In this document: positions 41,357 to 53,325 of the stretch, piece by piece
Layout of the letters: every line of letters starts with the position of its first letter
Numbering within the stretch: the first letter of the stretch is position 1
DNA from: a bacterium
GTDB lineage: Bacteria; UBA8248
NCBI GenBank assembly: GCA_965261085.1
Contig: OZ253442.1
Span: 2,592,001 to 2,656,000 of the forward strand
Length of the DNA: 64,000 nucleotides
Direction of reading: 5' to 3'
The notes under the pieces: generated by a model
The model's input: only the letters and a program-made list of their open reading frames with translations
The model's database searches: none
What the model was told of the DNA's origin: nothing
Position numbers and translations under genes: made by a program

Positions 41357-42817
41357 TCAGAGAATCTCGCCGGTGAACTCCGCTCGCACCCTCTCCTTCA
41401 GCGAGCGAATGGCCTTTAAGGACATTTTGAGGACCTGTTTTTCCCTTCGTGACATTGCCGACTTCCTGACATAGCGCGTCGCCTTGCGGAATCGCCTGAA
41501 ATCCCTCAACTGCTGGCGCAGCAGCATGAACGTCAAGTGCTCGAGAGCAGCGGTATACTCGTCGACCTCGTCATCGCTGAAGACCCCCGCCTCATGCAGC
41601 AGCCGGATGCGCTCGTAGGTGGAGGTCGCCTCCAGGCCCTCTCTCAGGGCGAGAAGCCGTACGGCTCCGACCAGTGGGAGGATGCCTCCGTGCTTCAGGT
41701 TCACGCCCGGGGATATGCCCTCCCCCGCCCTCTCCGTGCGCAGCCTGCCGAACAGGCCGAGAGCGACGTGCCTGTCGGCCTCGGTTTGAAACATCGCCTG
41801 AAGAACGCTGGGTTCTTTTTGCACGAACCTCGTGAGGTGATTCCGCAACTCCCGCCCCAGAGAGAAATCCCCGCATACGGTGTCGAAGTCGAAGAAAACG
41901 TCGCTCAACTGGACCTGGAACGTGCTTCTCTTCTGGAACCAGAGCAGGGTCTGGTGCTTCCACTCGGAAATCGATTTGCGCCACAGCGGGTTCGTGGCCA
42001 TGACGTTGCCATCACACAAGGGGAAGCCGATGGTGTCAAGATTCCGGGTCAGCAGTTCCGAGAACCGGATGAAGTAGTCGTTGACTTGGTTGTGCCGCTC
42101 CACGGGATAGTCTTCGAGAATGATGCCGTTGTCCTGATCCGGGTTGATGAAGTTCTCCCCCCGGCCGCTCGAACCCATGACGATCACCGCGAAGCGAACG
42201 GGCGGCTCGCCTCCGCCTGCCTCTTCGATGGTCCCCGTCACTTTTTCGGCCACGCGGCGGTAGATGTCGTTGTTCACGTGCGTGAGCAGCGCCTGAATCT
42301 CCGGCGCGGGGAGGGTGTCTTCCAGCAGTTCTTGCGCCACGACTGCCTGCACGGCTTTCACCTCTTGCAAGCCGTAGAGTTCAGGGACCTGCGTGAGTGC
42401 GTCGATGTGTTCCACCACATGCGCGGCCGCCACTGCCATGGCGTCCTGCAAATCCAGCAAGCCGAGGGGATGGCTCGCTTCATCGACCACGGGCATGTGG
42501 CGGTGGCCGAGGCGGCGCATGCGCGCAATGGTGTGATAGAGGTAGTCCCCCTGTTTTGCGGAATAGACGCGAGGCGTCATGACCTGTTCTATCGTTTCGG
42601 AGCCGTCGCACCTCAGGGCGACGCGGCGCGTTACGTCTTTTTCCGTAAAAATGCCGGAGAGGGCGTTTTCCTCATCCGTCACGAGGACGCAGGTCGCGTT
42701 CTTCTCCACCATTTGGGAGATGACGTTTCTCAAGTTCTCCGATGCCGGGACAATCAATGTTTCGGGTTTCAGGAAATCGTCCACAAGGCAGGAGAAAATT
42801 CTCGTCTGAGATTTCAT
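41357..42817 (-). CDS. CBS-pair + DUF294 nucleotidyltransferase-like protein
   Basis: GIFTEKD and RHMPVV CBS repeats; MGSSGRGE..DQDNG, CDGNVMATNP.W, NLKHGG. Confidence 0.88.
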   Translation of the reverse strand: MKSQTRIFSCLVDDFLKPETLIVPASENLRNVISQMVEKNATCVLVTDEENALSGIFTEKDVTRRVALRCDGSETIEQVMTPRVYSAKQGDYLYHTIARMRRLGHRHMPVVDEASHPLGLLDLQDAMAVAAAHVVEHIDALTQVPELYGLQEVKAVQAVVAQELLEDTLPAPEIQALLTHVNNDIYRRVAEKVTGTIEEAGGGEPPVRFAVIVMGSSGRGENFINPDQDNGIILEDYPVERHNQVNDYFIRFSELLTRNLDTIGFPLCDGNVMATNPLWRKSISEWKHQTLLWFQKRSTFQVQLSDVFFDFDTVCGDFSLGRELRNHLTRFVQKEPSVLQAMFQTEADRHVALGLFGRLRTERAGEGISPGVNLKHGGILPLVGAVRLLALREGLEATSTYERIRLLHEAGVFSDDEVDEYTAALEHLTFMLLRQQLRDFRRFRKATRYVRKSAMSRREKQVLKMSLKAIRSLKERVRAEFTGEIL

Positions 42818-43244
42818 GGGCTTCAGGGTCCGTCTTAGCGGCGGATGGTCGAGAACGCCTCAAAATCATGGCGTGTCACACGGCTCTAGTATAACTCAGT
42901 TCTTCATGTATTCGCCCAAATAGGCGATGCACTTCCTGATCGCCGCTTCCTGGGTCGCATCGACGGCGTATTCCCCGTCCCCTCCCCGCTCGGGGTCGAT
43001 TTTATTACGCAAGAGATAGTCTCCTCATTCGTTTCTTTGGTGATTCGGGATGAACGCGATCCATCATCCCACACGATGCGCGAGGGCGAAAAGCGCAGGC
43101 CAAAGATGCGCCGGCATTGGAGCGAACATCATCTGGCGACGAAACTGTAAGCGCGTTTCCCCTTCTCGCGTCGTATGAGAAAATCCCGCACGCGAAAATA
43201 AATCTCGTTTTCCGCTCATTGATTTTTCAGGAAGGAATGATGCC

Positions 43245-43538
43245 ATGGCCGAAATGCTGTGCCCTGCGTGCGGGGCCGAAACCTCAGGCGGCGATATCTG
43301 CCCGGCCTGCGGAGAAACGATCGAGGCGCAACCCGCAGATGATGATGGCGACAATAAACCTTTGAACGTCATCGACGCCAAGGAGATCGTCGTGAAAGTC
43401 TTGTGGGGCACGGGCGCGTTGATGCTCTGCGGCGGCGTGGGCGCGCTCTCCATCGGCGCGACGAATCCGGCCATCGGCCTTCTGGGCTTGGGGGGCCTCC
43501 TCTTCGCCGGTTCTTACGCGCTCGATTGGTGGACCTGA
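43245..43538 (+). CDS. Small zinc-ribbon membrane protein
   Basis: RBS GGAAGGA; CPACG..CPACG followed by two hydrophobic helices. Confidence 0.7.
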   Translation: MAEMLCPACGAETSGGDICPACGETIEAQPADDDGDNKPLNVIDAKEIVVKVLWGTGALMLCGGVGALSIGATNPAIGLLGLGGLLFAGSYALDWWT

Positions 43539-43583
43539 GATATTAAAGATATCCCCTTGTCATGAATCGTGTATATCCAGTTA

Positions 43584-44078
43584 CTATTGTCCTGCCTTTG
43601 AGATTTCTTTCTCCTCGGCTTCTTTTTCCTTTTTAATTTTTTCGGCTAATTCTTTCTTCAATTCCTGGTACTGCTTTTTGAGAGCGTCGGGGGCTGAATC
43701 CTCGGGTTCCATCAGGACGCTTACCTTGGTTGGATATTCTTGCGCCGCACCGCTTGCGGCATCAACTAAAATCCCGATGCCTCCGCCGAGAATAATGTTT
43801 CCCAAGGTTGCAGCGACTAAAGTTTCATCGAACGAGTGTGTCGTTTTTTTGAAACCTTTTTTCTCGCACGTTAAAACCATTGGCCCATCTCCCTTATGAA
43901 CTGTTGTTGCGCTTGGAGTGTTGACCCAATGATATTGTTTTCCCCGTTTGTCGATACCCGTGCATGAAGCTCCTTTTGCATTGATTACATCGATCAGAAT
44001 GGATTGGGAGGTGCCGGAAATTAATGTTGCGCAGCCGGAAGCAAGTAGCAGACAGCAAGCAGTGAGCAAAATACGCAT
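43584..44078 (-). CDS. Hypothetical lipoprotein
   Basis: Lipobox LASGC; GNIILGGGIGILVDAASGA glycine-zipper-like segment; AT-richer than its neighbours. Confidence 0.8.
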   Translation of the reverse strand: MRILLTACCLLLASGCATLISGTSQSILIDVINAKGASCTGIDKRGKQYHWVNTPSATTVHKGDGPMVLTCEKKGFKKTTHSFDETLVAATLGNIILGGGIGILVDAASGAAQEYPTKVSVLMEPEDSAPDALKKQYQELKKELAEKIKKEKEAEEKEISKAGQ

Positions 44079-44254
44079 CGAACCTTACCTCGTGTAAAGG
44101 TGCGAAAATAAAGAAAATGTAATTCCTGGGTCGGTTGGAAGGTATAAGGAAAACTATATCTGATGTCAAATTTGTTAATGGTAAGTAATATGAATCCAAA
44201 ATAAAAAGATTCTAGTTTTTCGGGAAAAGCGAATGGGGCAAGTGGATTTCAGCG

Positions 44255-44331
<77 letters not shown>

Positions 44332-44355
44332 GTGATTCGCGCGCGGCGAGGCGTT

Positions 44356-44883
44356 TCAGTCGTATCGTATCAAAGAGCTGACCGGGTGTGGAGCGAGGCG
44401 CTCGCGTCCGTTCAAAAACGCAAGCTCGATGAAGAAGGTGAGGCCGTGCACCTGCCCGCCCAGGGATTCCACGAGCGACACGCAGGCGGAAGCGGTGCCG
44501 CCGGTGGCGAGTACGTCGTCGGCGATCAACACCTTCATGCCGGGCGAGACGGCGTCTGTGTGAATCTCGAGCGCATCTGTTCCGTATTCGAGTTCATAGG
44601 TGGCCCGGGTCTTCTCCCAGGGGAGTTTCCCCGGTTTTCTCACCAGCGCGAAGCCCGCGCCGATCTTATACGCCAGGGGCGCTCCGATGACGAAGCCGCG
44701 CGCCTCCGCACCCAGGACGACGTCGATTCCCTCACCCATCAAAGGCTCCGCCGCCATGTCCACCGCCGCTCGAAAGGCTTCGGCGTTCTGGAGCATGGGG
44801 GTGATGTCCTTGAAGATGATGCCCTCTTCCGGGAAGTCGGGCACGTCCCGAATGAGTTCCAGAAGGTGACGGACGTCGGACAT
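44356..44883 (-). CDS. apt: Adenine phosphoribosyltransferase
   Basis: IRDVPDFP, FKDIT, EARGF, RKPGKLP, YELEYG, DDVLATGGT. Confidence 0.97.
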   Translation of the reverse strand: MSDVRHLLELIRDVPDFPEEGIIFKDITPMLQNAEAFRAAVDMAAEPLMGEGIDVVLGAEARGFVIGAPLAYKIGAGFALVRKPGKLPWEKTRATYELEYGTDALEIHTDAVSPGMKVLIADDVLATGGTASACVSLVESLGGQVHGLTFFIELAFLNGRERLAPHPVSSLIRYD

Positions 44884-45039
44884 GAAATCTACCTCTCGTG
44901 GATGAGTAAATTTTCTTGTGTTTTGTGGCGTTCTCTTCCGGTTGCGCCGCCGTCCCGGCTTCGGGTTTTTCTCCGGCGACAAGAGAACCTTAAATAACAT
45001 TCTATTCCGGGCATGTCACCATGATGCCCGCATACGATT

Positions 45040-45870
45040 TCATGGCAAGTAGGATAGCGGGTTCCTGGGCCGCGTGCGATGGCGAATCTCGAAATGAAGG
45101 CGCGCGGTTCGGAAGCGCGGCGTGCGGCCCGTCAGGGCGATGGGCGTGCCGAGCGAGACGCTCTGCCCCTTGCGTACGAGATTCTCGGCGACGTTGGCGT
45201 AAATGGAATGGTACTCGCCCCCTTGATGGCGCAGGATGATGAGGCGGCCCAGGTTTCCGGGGCCGAAATCAGAATAAATGACGCGGCCGGGAGCGGCGGC
45301 GCGAACCTGAGCTCGCTCGCGGGCGGCGATGAGGATGCCGTCCGCCTTCTTGCCGCCTCGCGCTCCGAAGCGGCGAATCACGCGCCCGCGCAGAGGCCAG
45401 GAGAATCTGGGCCTCTTTCCATACGTTTTGCGGTACGTCGCCCTCTTCTTGTTTGCGCGGCGCCCTCTAACTGTGCTTGCCGGCCTCCGGGAGGGTTTTC
45501 GGGTTGGCTTAGCGGAAGCCCTTCGACGAAGCGGAGTCTTCCGGGACGGCGGAGCCGCCCAGCGCGGGCGGCTTTGGGGCGGCCGGGAACTGATGCTTTT
45601 TCGTACGAGGCGTACGGTTCTGGCGCCCGGGATGAAAAGCCGCACGCCCGCCTCGAGGCGATCGGGATTGTCGATACTGTTCAAGACGGCGATTTGCTCG
45701 ACCTCCACGCCATAGGCGCGCCCGATGCGCCAGAGGTTCTCGCCGCGCTTTACGGTGTGGTGGATGCCGCCGAAGCCGCGGCTGCTTTTCGTCGGAGGCG
45801 GCAACGGGGGCGCGACGAGTGCGCAACCGGTGAGCAAACAGAGAAAGAGGACACATCCGCTTCGCCGCAT
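45040..45870 (-). CDS. nlpD: LysM + degenerate M23 lipoprotein (NlpD-like)
   Basis: Lipobox LTGC, HTVKRGENLWRI, WPLRG, LHFEIR, NPLSYLP; Zn ligands degenerate. Confidence 0.8.
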   Translation of the reverse strand: MRRSGCVLFLCLLTGCALVAPPLPPPTKSSRGFGGIHHTVKRGENLWRIGRAYGVEVEQIAVLNSIDNPDRLEAGVRLFIPGARTVRLVRKSISSRPPQSRPRWAAPPSRKTPLRRRASAKPTRKPSRRPASTVRGRRANKKRATYRKTYGKRPRFSWPLRGRVIRRFGARGGKKADGILIAARERAQVRAAAPGRVIYSDFGPGNLGRLIILRHQGGEYHSIYANVAENLVRKGQSVSLGTPIALTGRTPRFRTARLHFEIRHRTRPRNPLSYLP

Positions 45871-45935
45871 TTCGCGCCATCCTCGCAGACCTGAAGCGGG
45901 CGAAATGTTCGTGATGTCCCTATCCACGCCGCCCC

Positions 45936-46385
45936 TCATGAGGCGCCCAAGGCCATTCGCACGGCCTCACGGGCGCTGGACGCCGGGACGACTCCCGCCG
46001 GACTGCTCTCGCGTCCCAGGGAGATGACCCGCTTGCCGAGCTTGAGCCCGAAAGCGATCTCGGAGAGAGTGCCGTGCGCGCCCGCCATGGCGATGAGCGC
46101 ATGGGCCGTCGCCGCGATGATGACGTTTCGGGCGTGGCCCATTCCGGTGACGATGGGAATATCGATGAACGAGTTGGCGGATTGCGCATCATACGAGGGC
46201 AGGACGCCCACCGTGAGGCCGCCCGCTTGTTTCGCTCCGCGCGCCACGGCCTGCATGACGCCACCCAGACCCCCGCACACCAGCACGGCGCCCGCGCGCG
46301 CAATCTCGGCTCCCGCCTCCTCGGCCAATGCGGCCGTTTCAGGAGCCGGATCGGAATCGCCGATGACGCCGATAATGGTTCGCAT
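45936..46385 (-). CDS. TIGR00725 / LOG-like Rossmann-fold protein
   Basis: CGGLGGVM, TGMGHARN, GTLSEIA. Confidence 0.88.
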   Translation of the reverse strand: MRTIIGVIGDSDPAPETAALAEEAGAEIARAGAVLVCGGLGGVMQAVARGAKQAGGLTVGVLPSYDAQSANSFIDIPIVTGMGHARNVIIAATAHALIAMAGAHGTLSEIAFGLKLGKRVISLGRESSPAGVVPASSAREAVRMALGAS

Positions 46386-46577
46386 CAGATAATCCCGGGG
46401 CGGATTCGTATTTTGATTTTATCGTGCGTGCGCTGCTCGTCAAGTCGCGATGTGCGCCGTCTCAATCGAAACACCCTTTTCAGAGTGCGTCGTCTTGTAT
46501 TTCTGCTCCGCGAACCGGGCGTTCACGAAGCAGGAATGTCTCGTCCGCCTTCCCTGCTCAAAGCCTGTGGCTGGGCC

Positions 46578-47765
46578 TTATTGACCTTCTGGAACGACCA
46601 CCTTTTTGTTGTGATCCGCCGGCAGGCCGTTGTTCAGCGTGTGCAGCATCCAGTCCGCGACGGCGGGGTACATGTCCGCCGCGACCTCGCCCATCGGGTG
46701 GAAAACGCCCTCATAGAGCCAAAGCTCGCGCGGGCACGTGAGGTGTGAGAAGAACACGTCGATGTCGTCCGGCGTGCAAAGCTCGTCCATGTCGCCGGCC
46801 ACGAGCAGATAGTTCGACTTCATCTTGCCCACCAGGGGCAGCCAGATGCTGTCGCGCTCCTCGACGAATGCGTCGAACGCATCCTCATCGAGGATGTTCG
46901 TCATGTACATGTAGATTCTCTTGAAGTTGGGCTGGGCCTGGTTGAAGATGATGTCCGATTGCCCCACGTTCGCCATCTGCCCGACGACGGTGTTGACGCG
47001 CTCGTCCTGGGCGGCGATTTCCACCGTCCAGCGGCTTCCCATGCTCATGCCCATGATGCCGATTCTGGAGGAATCCACCTCTTCGCGTTCGGTGAGCCAG
47101 TCGATGACCCTGCTGCCCGCGCGCGCGTAATTGGTATGATTCACCCACACCTGGTTGATGTTGCACTCGCCCTGCCCCGGCCCGTCCATGACGGCGAAGT
47201 TCATGCCGCGCGCATGGAACCAGTTGTTGTAGGGCAAAAGGCCGTCTTCCTTGATCATGTCCATGCCGGGGATGAGCAGGACGGTGGGCTTGGGGCCCTC
47301 TCCCTCCGCGGGCCAGAAATAGAAATACGCATTCTTGCCGGGGTCGAATTCCACCTGGTGTTTTTGAATGTCACCGCCCCGGATTTCACGCATTCTGTCG
47401 AAACAGCGCGAAACGCCTGCGTAGTATTCCTTCTTCCGGGGGTGTCCATCCACGGGGATGAGGTGCTGGCCGCGCCCGTAGCAAAGGCCAGCGCGGTTAT
47501 AGTGCATGGCGGCGGTCACGTGGTTTCCCGCTTCGGCCGCCGCCATCGCCTTCTTCTCCTGCAAGGCGGCCTGTTTGCCCCACAGGAGGGGGATGGAGCG
47601 CCTGCCAGAAACCTTCGAGTAGACCGCCTCGAGGTCTTGATGCCGAAAGCCCCGTTCATAGCGCGTGCCCATGATGCCGGGGTGGAGAACATCCTCGTTA
47701 TCCGAGAGTTTGAGGAAATTATCAAAAATCCAGTTCTGATTCGCGCGCGATGCCTGTCGTCTCAT
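46578..47765 (-). CDS. Alpha/beta hydrolase (FrsA / 2,6-dihydroxypseudooxynicotine hydrolase-like)
   Basis: PGMDMIKE, DGPGQGE, GMSMG nucleophile elbow, GDMDEL, FHP; start after GGAGAAGG. Confidence 0.82.
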   Translation of the reverse strand: MRRQASRANQNWIFDNFLKLSDNEDVLHPGIMGTRYERGFRHQDLEAVYSKVSGRRSIPLLWGKQAALQEKKAMAAAEAGNHVTAAMHYNRAGLCYGRGQHLIPVDGHPRKKEYYAGVSRCFDRMREIRGGDIQKHQVEFDPGKNAYFYFWPAEGEGPKPTVLLIPGMDMIKEDGLLPYNNWFHARGMNFAVMDGPGQGECNINQVWVNHTNYARAGSRVIDWLTEREEVDSSRIGIMGMSMGSRWTVEIAAQDERVNTVVGQMANVGQSDIIFNQAQPNFKRIYMYMTNILDEDAFDAFVEERDSIWLPLVGKMKSNYLLVAGDMDELCTPDDIDVFFSHLTCPRELWLYEGVFHPMGEVAADMYPAVADWMLHTLNNGLPADHNKKVVVPEGQ

Positions 47766-48059
47766 GCCGCTACCTTCTCCTTTCGTGTGGGTGGTGGGGC
47801 GAGCCTTGCACCTCGCCGTTTCGAGCATATATAACGCCGGATTCAGCGGGCTATCTTCGGGCCGGCAGCCATGCCGGGTCAACCGCTTCAGGGTTTCCCG
47901 GGCAAGGTATTTTCCCCTCGCTTGTATTTGCCGAATCCATTGTTTTTGTGTAGATTCGCATTTTTGGTTTTTCAATACGGTAGGGGTTGCGAGTTTTCAC
48001 GCAAGACCTCTCGCACCCCTGCCGATATCTTTTCTTTTTTGTGAAAGAGGGATTTTGGT

Positions 48060-49370
48060 ATGACAGTGGAAACAGAGGCGACATTGGAATTGACCAACAA
48101 TGAAACAATCGTCCTTCACGCCGGATACCGCAAGGACCCCGTAACGAACTCCGTGGCCGTGCCGATTTATCAGACATCCTCCTACCAGTTCGACAGCACG
48201 GATCACGCGGCCGATCTTTTCGCGTTAAAGGAATTAGGCAACATCTACACGCGAATCATGAATCCCACGAACGACGTGCTGGAAAAACGGCTGTCGGCCC
48301 TCGAGGGCGGCGTCGGCGGCCTCGCCGTCTCCTCGGGCCAGTCGGCCTCGATGATGGCCGTGATGAACGTGGCGCGCACAGGGGACAACATCGTGAGTTC
48401 GACGGACCTCTACGGCGGCACGTGGAACCTCTTCGCCAACCAATTGGCGGACATCGGCATCGAGTGCCGCTTCGTGGATCCGCTAGACCCGGAGAATTTC
48501 GCCAGGGCGACCGACGAGAAGACGCGCGCCTACTACGCCGAGACGCTGCCGAACCCGAAGCTGCGCGTTTTCCCAATCAGGGAAGTAGCCGACCTCGGGC
48601 GCGAGTTGGGGATTCCCCTCATCGTGGACAACACGGCGGCCCACTGCCTGTGCAAGCCCTTTGAGCACGGCGCGGCCGTCATCGCCTCATCGTGTACGAA
48701 ATACATCGGCGGGCACGGAAACTCCATCGGCGGCATCATCATCGACGGCGGGAACTTCGACTGGGCGGCGCATCCCGAAAGGCAGCCCTACCTCAACCAA
48801 CCGGACCCGAGCTACCACGGCGCGGTGTGGACGGAAGCCGTCGCCCCGCTCGGCCCCATCGCCTACATCATCAAGGCGCGCGTCACTATCCTGCGCGATT
48901 CCGGCCAGGCGATGAGCCCCTTCAACACCTTCTTGTTCCTGCAAGGTCTCGAAACCCTGCCCCTGCGGATGGAGCGTCACTGCCAAAACGCCGCCGCCGT
49001 GGCGGATTACCTGAACGACCATCCCAAGGTGAAGACCACGATTTACCCGGGCCTCATGAACGGGGAGTTTCGCCTCCGCGCCGACACTTACCTCAAGGGC
49101 GGATACGGCGGCCTGTGCGGAATCGATCTCGCAGGCGGACACGAGGCGGGCCAGAACTTCATCAACGCGCTCAAGATGTTCTACCACGTGGCGAACATCG
49201 GCGATTCGAGAAGCCTCGCCATCCATCCGGCGAGCACCACGCACTCCCAGCTCACCCCGGAGGAGCAGGAAAAGACGGGCGTGACGCCGGGCTACGTGCG
49301 GCTTTCCGTCGGCATCGAGCACATCGACGACATCATCGCCGATCTAGAACAAGCCCTGGACGCCGCATAG
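48060..49370 (+). CDS. metY: O-acetylhomoserine sulfhydrylase, copy 1
   Basis: PIYQTSSY, YTRIMNPT, LYGGT, DNT, SCTKYIGGHG (PLP Lys), ANIGD, HPASTTH, RLSVGIE. Confidence 0.92.
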   Translation: MTVETEATLELTNNETIVLHAGYRKDPVTNSVAVPIYQTSSYQFDSTDHAADLFALKELGNIYTRIMNPTNDVLEKRLSALEGGVGGLAVSSGQSASMMAVMNVARTGDNIVSSTDLYGGTWNLFANQLADIGIECRFVDPLDPENFARATDEKTRAYYAETLPNPKLRVFPIREVADLGRELGIPLIVDNTAAHCLCKPFEHGAAVIASSCTKYIGGHGNSIGGIIIDGGNFDWAAHPERQPYLNQPDPSYHGAVWTEAVAPLGPIAYIIKARVTILRDSGQAMSPFNTFLFLQGLETLPLRMERHCQNAAAVADYLNDHPKVKTTIYPGLMNGEFRLRADTYLKGGYGGLCGIDLAGGHEAGQNFINALKMFYHVANIGDSRSLAIHPASTTHSQLTPEEQEKTGVTPGYVRLSVGIEHIDDIIADLEQALDAA

Positions 49371-49390
49371 TCCATCGGGCGAGAAAAACG

Positions 49391-49426
49391 AAAAGGGGCG
49401 TCCCGAACCGGGGCGCCTCTTTTTTT
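49391..49426 (+). terminator. Intrinsic terminator after metY, probably bidirectional
   Basis: AAAAGGGGCGTCCC-loop-GGGGCGCCTCTTTTTTT. Confidence 0.85.
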
Positions 49427-49700
49427 GTCCGCTGCACAGGAAGGCCGTGTGGTTCTCGCAGAAAATTCCTTGGCTTGGCAACTTAAGTAGCGGAAATATT
49501 ATCTAAAGTATTATATTGGATATTATATTTATATAATTGATATAATTAGTTATACACGATTTTATATAGGTAAGAAAAGAAAAGAATTAAAGTATTGCAT
49601 GAGGTATTATTTGGCGTCTGACGGCCCCCGGGACAGGTCCATCATATGCCGTAGCGCACCAAAAATCCGGGAGCTGTTACTGGTCATGCTATGAAAAAAA

Positions 49701-49777
<77 letters not shown>

Positions 49778-49811
49778 ACACAAGCTGCGAGACGACGGAT
49801 TCCCCGCCTTC

Positions 49812-50492
49812 CTATGGATTCTCCCAGCCGTATTTTCCCACCAGTTTCACAAAAACGCAGTTCACCAACTCCTCGTGCGCGAGGAGTTCGCCCGACTTCG
49901 ACACGCGGCATCGCACGAGGGTCTGGTTCTCCCCCTCACCCAGGGGCATGACGATGCGCCCGCCGGGGGCGATCTGCTGCATCCACGGCTCTGGAACGCG
50001 AAGTGCGGACGCCGCGCTCACGATGGCGTCGAAGGGCGCCTCTTCCGGCCAGCCGTAGGTGCCGTCCGCCGTCCAGAGCATATAATTCGTCAGGCCGAAA
50101 GAATCAAGCCGCTCCCTGGCTCTCACCGCCAGTTCGGGCACCCGCTCAATCGCGCGGACGGAGCCGGCGAGCCTCCCGAGAAGCGCGGTAAGGTAACCCG
50201 AACCCGCTCCGATCTCAAGCACCTTCTCCCCGCCCCTGAGTTCCAGGGCCTCGAGCGTGGCGGCCACCATGTAGGGCTGGGAGATGGTTTGCCCGTGTCC
50301 GATGGGCAGCGCCTTGTCGGCATAGGCGGTTTCACGAAAAATTTCGGGCGCAAAATGATGCCTCGGCACCTCGCGCAAGGCCTCGATGACGCGGGCGTCG
50401 GCGATTCCCCTGGCGAGGATTTGTTTGTCCACCATCGCCTCGCGCGCGCGGCGCCAGCGATTCTCCTGTCTTCCGTTTAATGAAAACGCCAA
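49812..50492 (-). CDS. pcm: Protein-L-isoaspartate O-methyltransferase
   Basis: [29 protein letters not shown]. Confidence 0.95.
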   Translation of the reverse strand: MAFSLNGRQENRWRRAREAMVDKQILARGIADARVIEALREVPRHHFAPEIFRETAYADKALPIGHGQTISQPYMVAATLEALELRGGEKVLEIGAGSGYLTALLGRLAGSVRAIERVPELAVRARERLDSFGLTNYMLWTADGTYGWPEEAPFDAIVSAASALRVPEPWMQQIAPGGRIVMPLGEGENQTLVRCRVSKSGELLAHEELVNCVFVKLVGKYGWENP

Positions 50493-51232
50493 GATTCCAG
50501 CCCTTTCATCGCGCCATAATCCGTCAGGTCGAGCCTGAGGGGCGTGATGGAAACCTGATGGTTCGAAACCGCCTCGAAGTCCGTGTCGGGCTCATTCTTC
50601 CACCGGAGGCTGCCTCCCCCAATCCAGTAATACTCACGGCCGCGCGGGTCGATTTTCTCTACGATGGCTTCCTCGTAAATGCGCTTGCCCTGGCGGGTGA
50701 TTTTCTCCCCCCGGCACTGTTGCGGGGAAATGTTCGGGACGTTGATGTTCAGCAGAACGCCCGGCTCCAGTCCCCGGGATAATACTTCCCTCGCGCCGGC
50801 GCGCGCAACTTTTTTCGCCAACTCATAGCGGAGCGTCTCCCCGTCCTCGTGGGCGAGGGAGACCGCCACCGCCGGAAGCCCCAGGATCGTGGCCTCCATC
50901 GCGGCGGCCACGGTTCCCGAATAGGTGATGTCGTCGCCCATGTTTCCGCCCCGGTTGATGCCGGAGACGACCATGTCGGGGTGCTCGTTTCTCAGCAGGC
51001 CGTTCAGGGCGAGGTTGACGCAGTCCGTGGGGGTGCCGTCCACGGCGAACCAGTTATGCTCCAACTCATTGATGCGCAGGGGGCGATGCAGACTTAAGGA
51101 ATGACCCGCCGCGCTCTGCTCCCTGTCCGGAGCCACGACGATCAACTCCCCCAGCGGGGCGAGGGCCGCGTACAAGGCGCGTAACCCTTCAGAATCGATG
51201 CCGTCATCATTGCAAAGAAGTATTCGAGCCAT
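50477..51232 (-). CDS. surE: 5'/3'-nucleotidase SurE
   Basis: [32 protein letters not shown]. Confidence 0.96.
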   Translation of the reverse strand: MARILLCNDDGIDSEGLRALYAALAPLGELIVVAPDREQSAAGHSLSLHRPLRINELEHNWFAVDGTPTDCVNLALNGLLRNEHPDMVVSGINRGGNMGDDITYSGTVAAAMEATILGLPAVAVSLAHEDGETLRYELAKKVARAGAREVLSRGLEPGVLLNINVPNISPQQCRGEKITRQGKRIYEEAIVEKIDPRGREYYWIGGGSLRWKNEPDTDFEAVSNHQVSITPLRLDLTDYGAMKGLESWRFH

Positions 51233-51387
51233 CAGTCTTTCATGCGGTATGCGGGGCGAGCGCGTCATCACGAGAAGGAATTATGGTGTAGCCGGGGGCA
51301 GAAAATCAACGTCTCCGGAGGTTTTCTGGGAGGCTTCTATTTGAGGCCATCGCTTGCTATTGTGGAGTCCAAGGATTAAAAACGTAG

Positions 51388-52730
<1,343 letters not shown>

Positions 52731-52731
<1 letters not shown>

Positions 52732-53210
52732 TGGAATTTCCCGCATATCAGAACCCGCACACGATTCGTCATATCCTGCGGAACCATCGCCGCGTGGCGA
52801 TGGTGGGGCTTTCGGCGAATGAATCCAGGCCGAGTTTTTTCGTGGGTTATTACCTGCAAAGAATGGGTTTCGAGGTAATTCCGGTGAACCCGAGATACGA
52901 GCAGATACTGGGCCAGAAAACCTACCCGGACGTCGTATCCATACCTGAGCCTCCCGACGTTGTGGACGTGTTTCGCAGGCCGGATGAAATTTCAGAAGTG
53001 GTTGACGAGGCGATGACGGTCGGCGCCAAATCCCTCTGGCTACAATTCGACGTGGTGAACGAGACCGAAGCCGCTCGCGCGCAAGAGGCAGGCCTTCTCG
53101 TCGTCATGAACAAATGCATGAAGATAGAACATGGCCGCCTGAGAGGCGGTTTGCATACGGCGGGCATGAGGACCGGCGTCATCACGACGCGCCGGAGCCC
53201 GCTCCTGTAG
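52731..53210 (+). CDS. CoA-binding protein (YccU-like)
   Basis: AMVGLS..RPS, IPVNP, DVVDVFR, WLQ, CMKIEH; coupled to the metY stop. Confidence 0.9.
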
Positions 53211-53325
53211 TCCGGAATTCAGGATGTGATTATTTTCCGGTAGTTAGACAGCTTGCAAATCCCTGAATAATCCTTTACAAAATTCTATGAGGTCTGCTGG
53301 CCTGCCGCCTCTCCACGGGGATAAC

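Noticed and set aside
41537-42838. 433-aa plus-strand ORF (similar cases: 28631-29545, 51376-52344, 55676-56560)
   Set aside because: Antisense shadows of well-supported genes in GC-rich DNA.
44140-44172. dif-like TGATGTCAAAT arm (also TTATCTAAAGT near 49499)
   Set aside because: No matching ATAA-ending left arm at 6-nt spacing; expected by chance in AT-rich DNA.
46386-46577. attR copy of the tRNA-Pro 3' end bounding the hydrolase/metY insert
   Set aside because: No convincing direct repeat.
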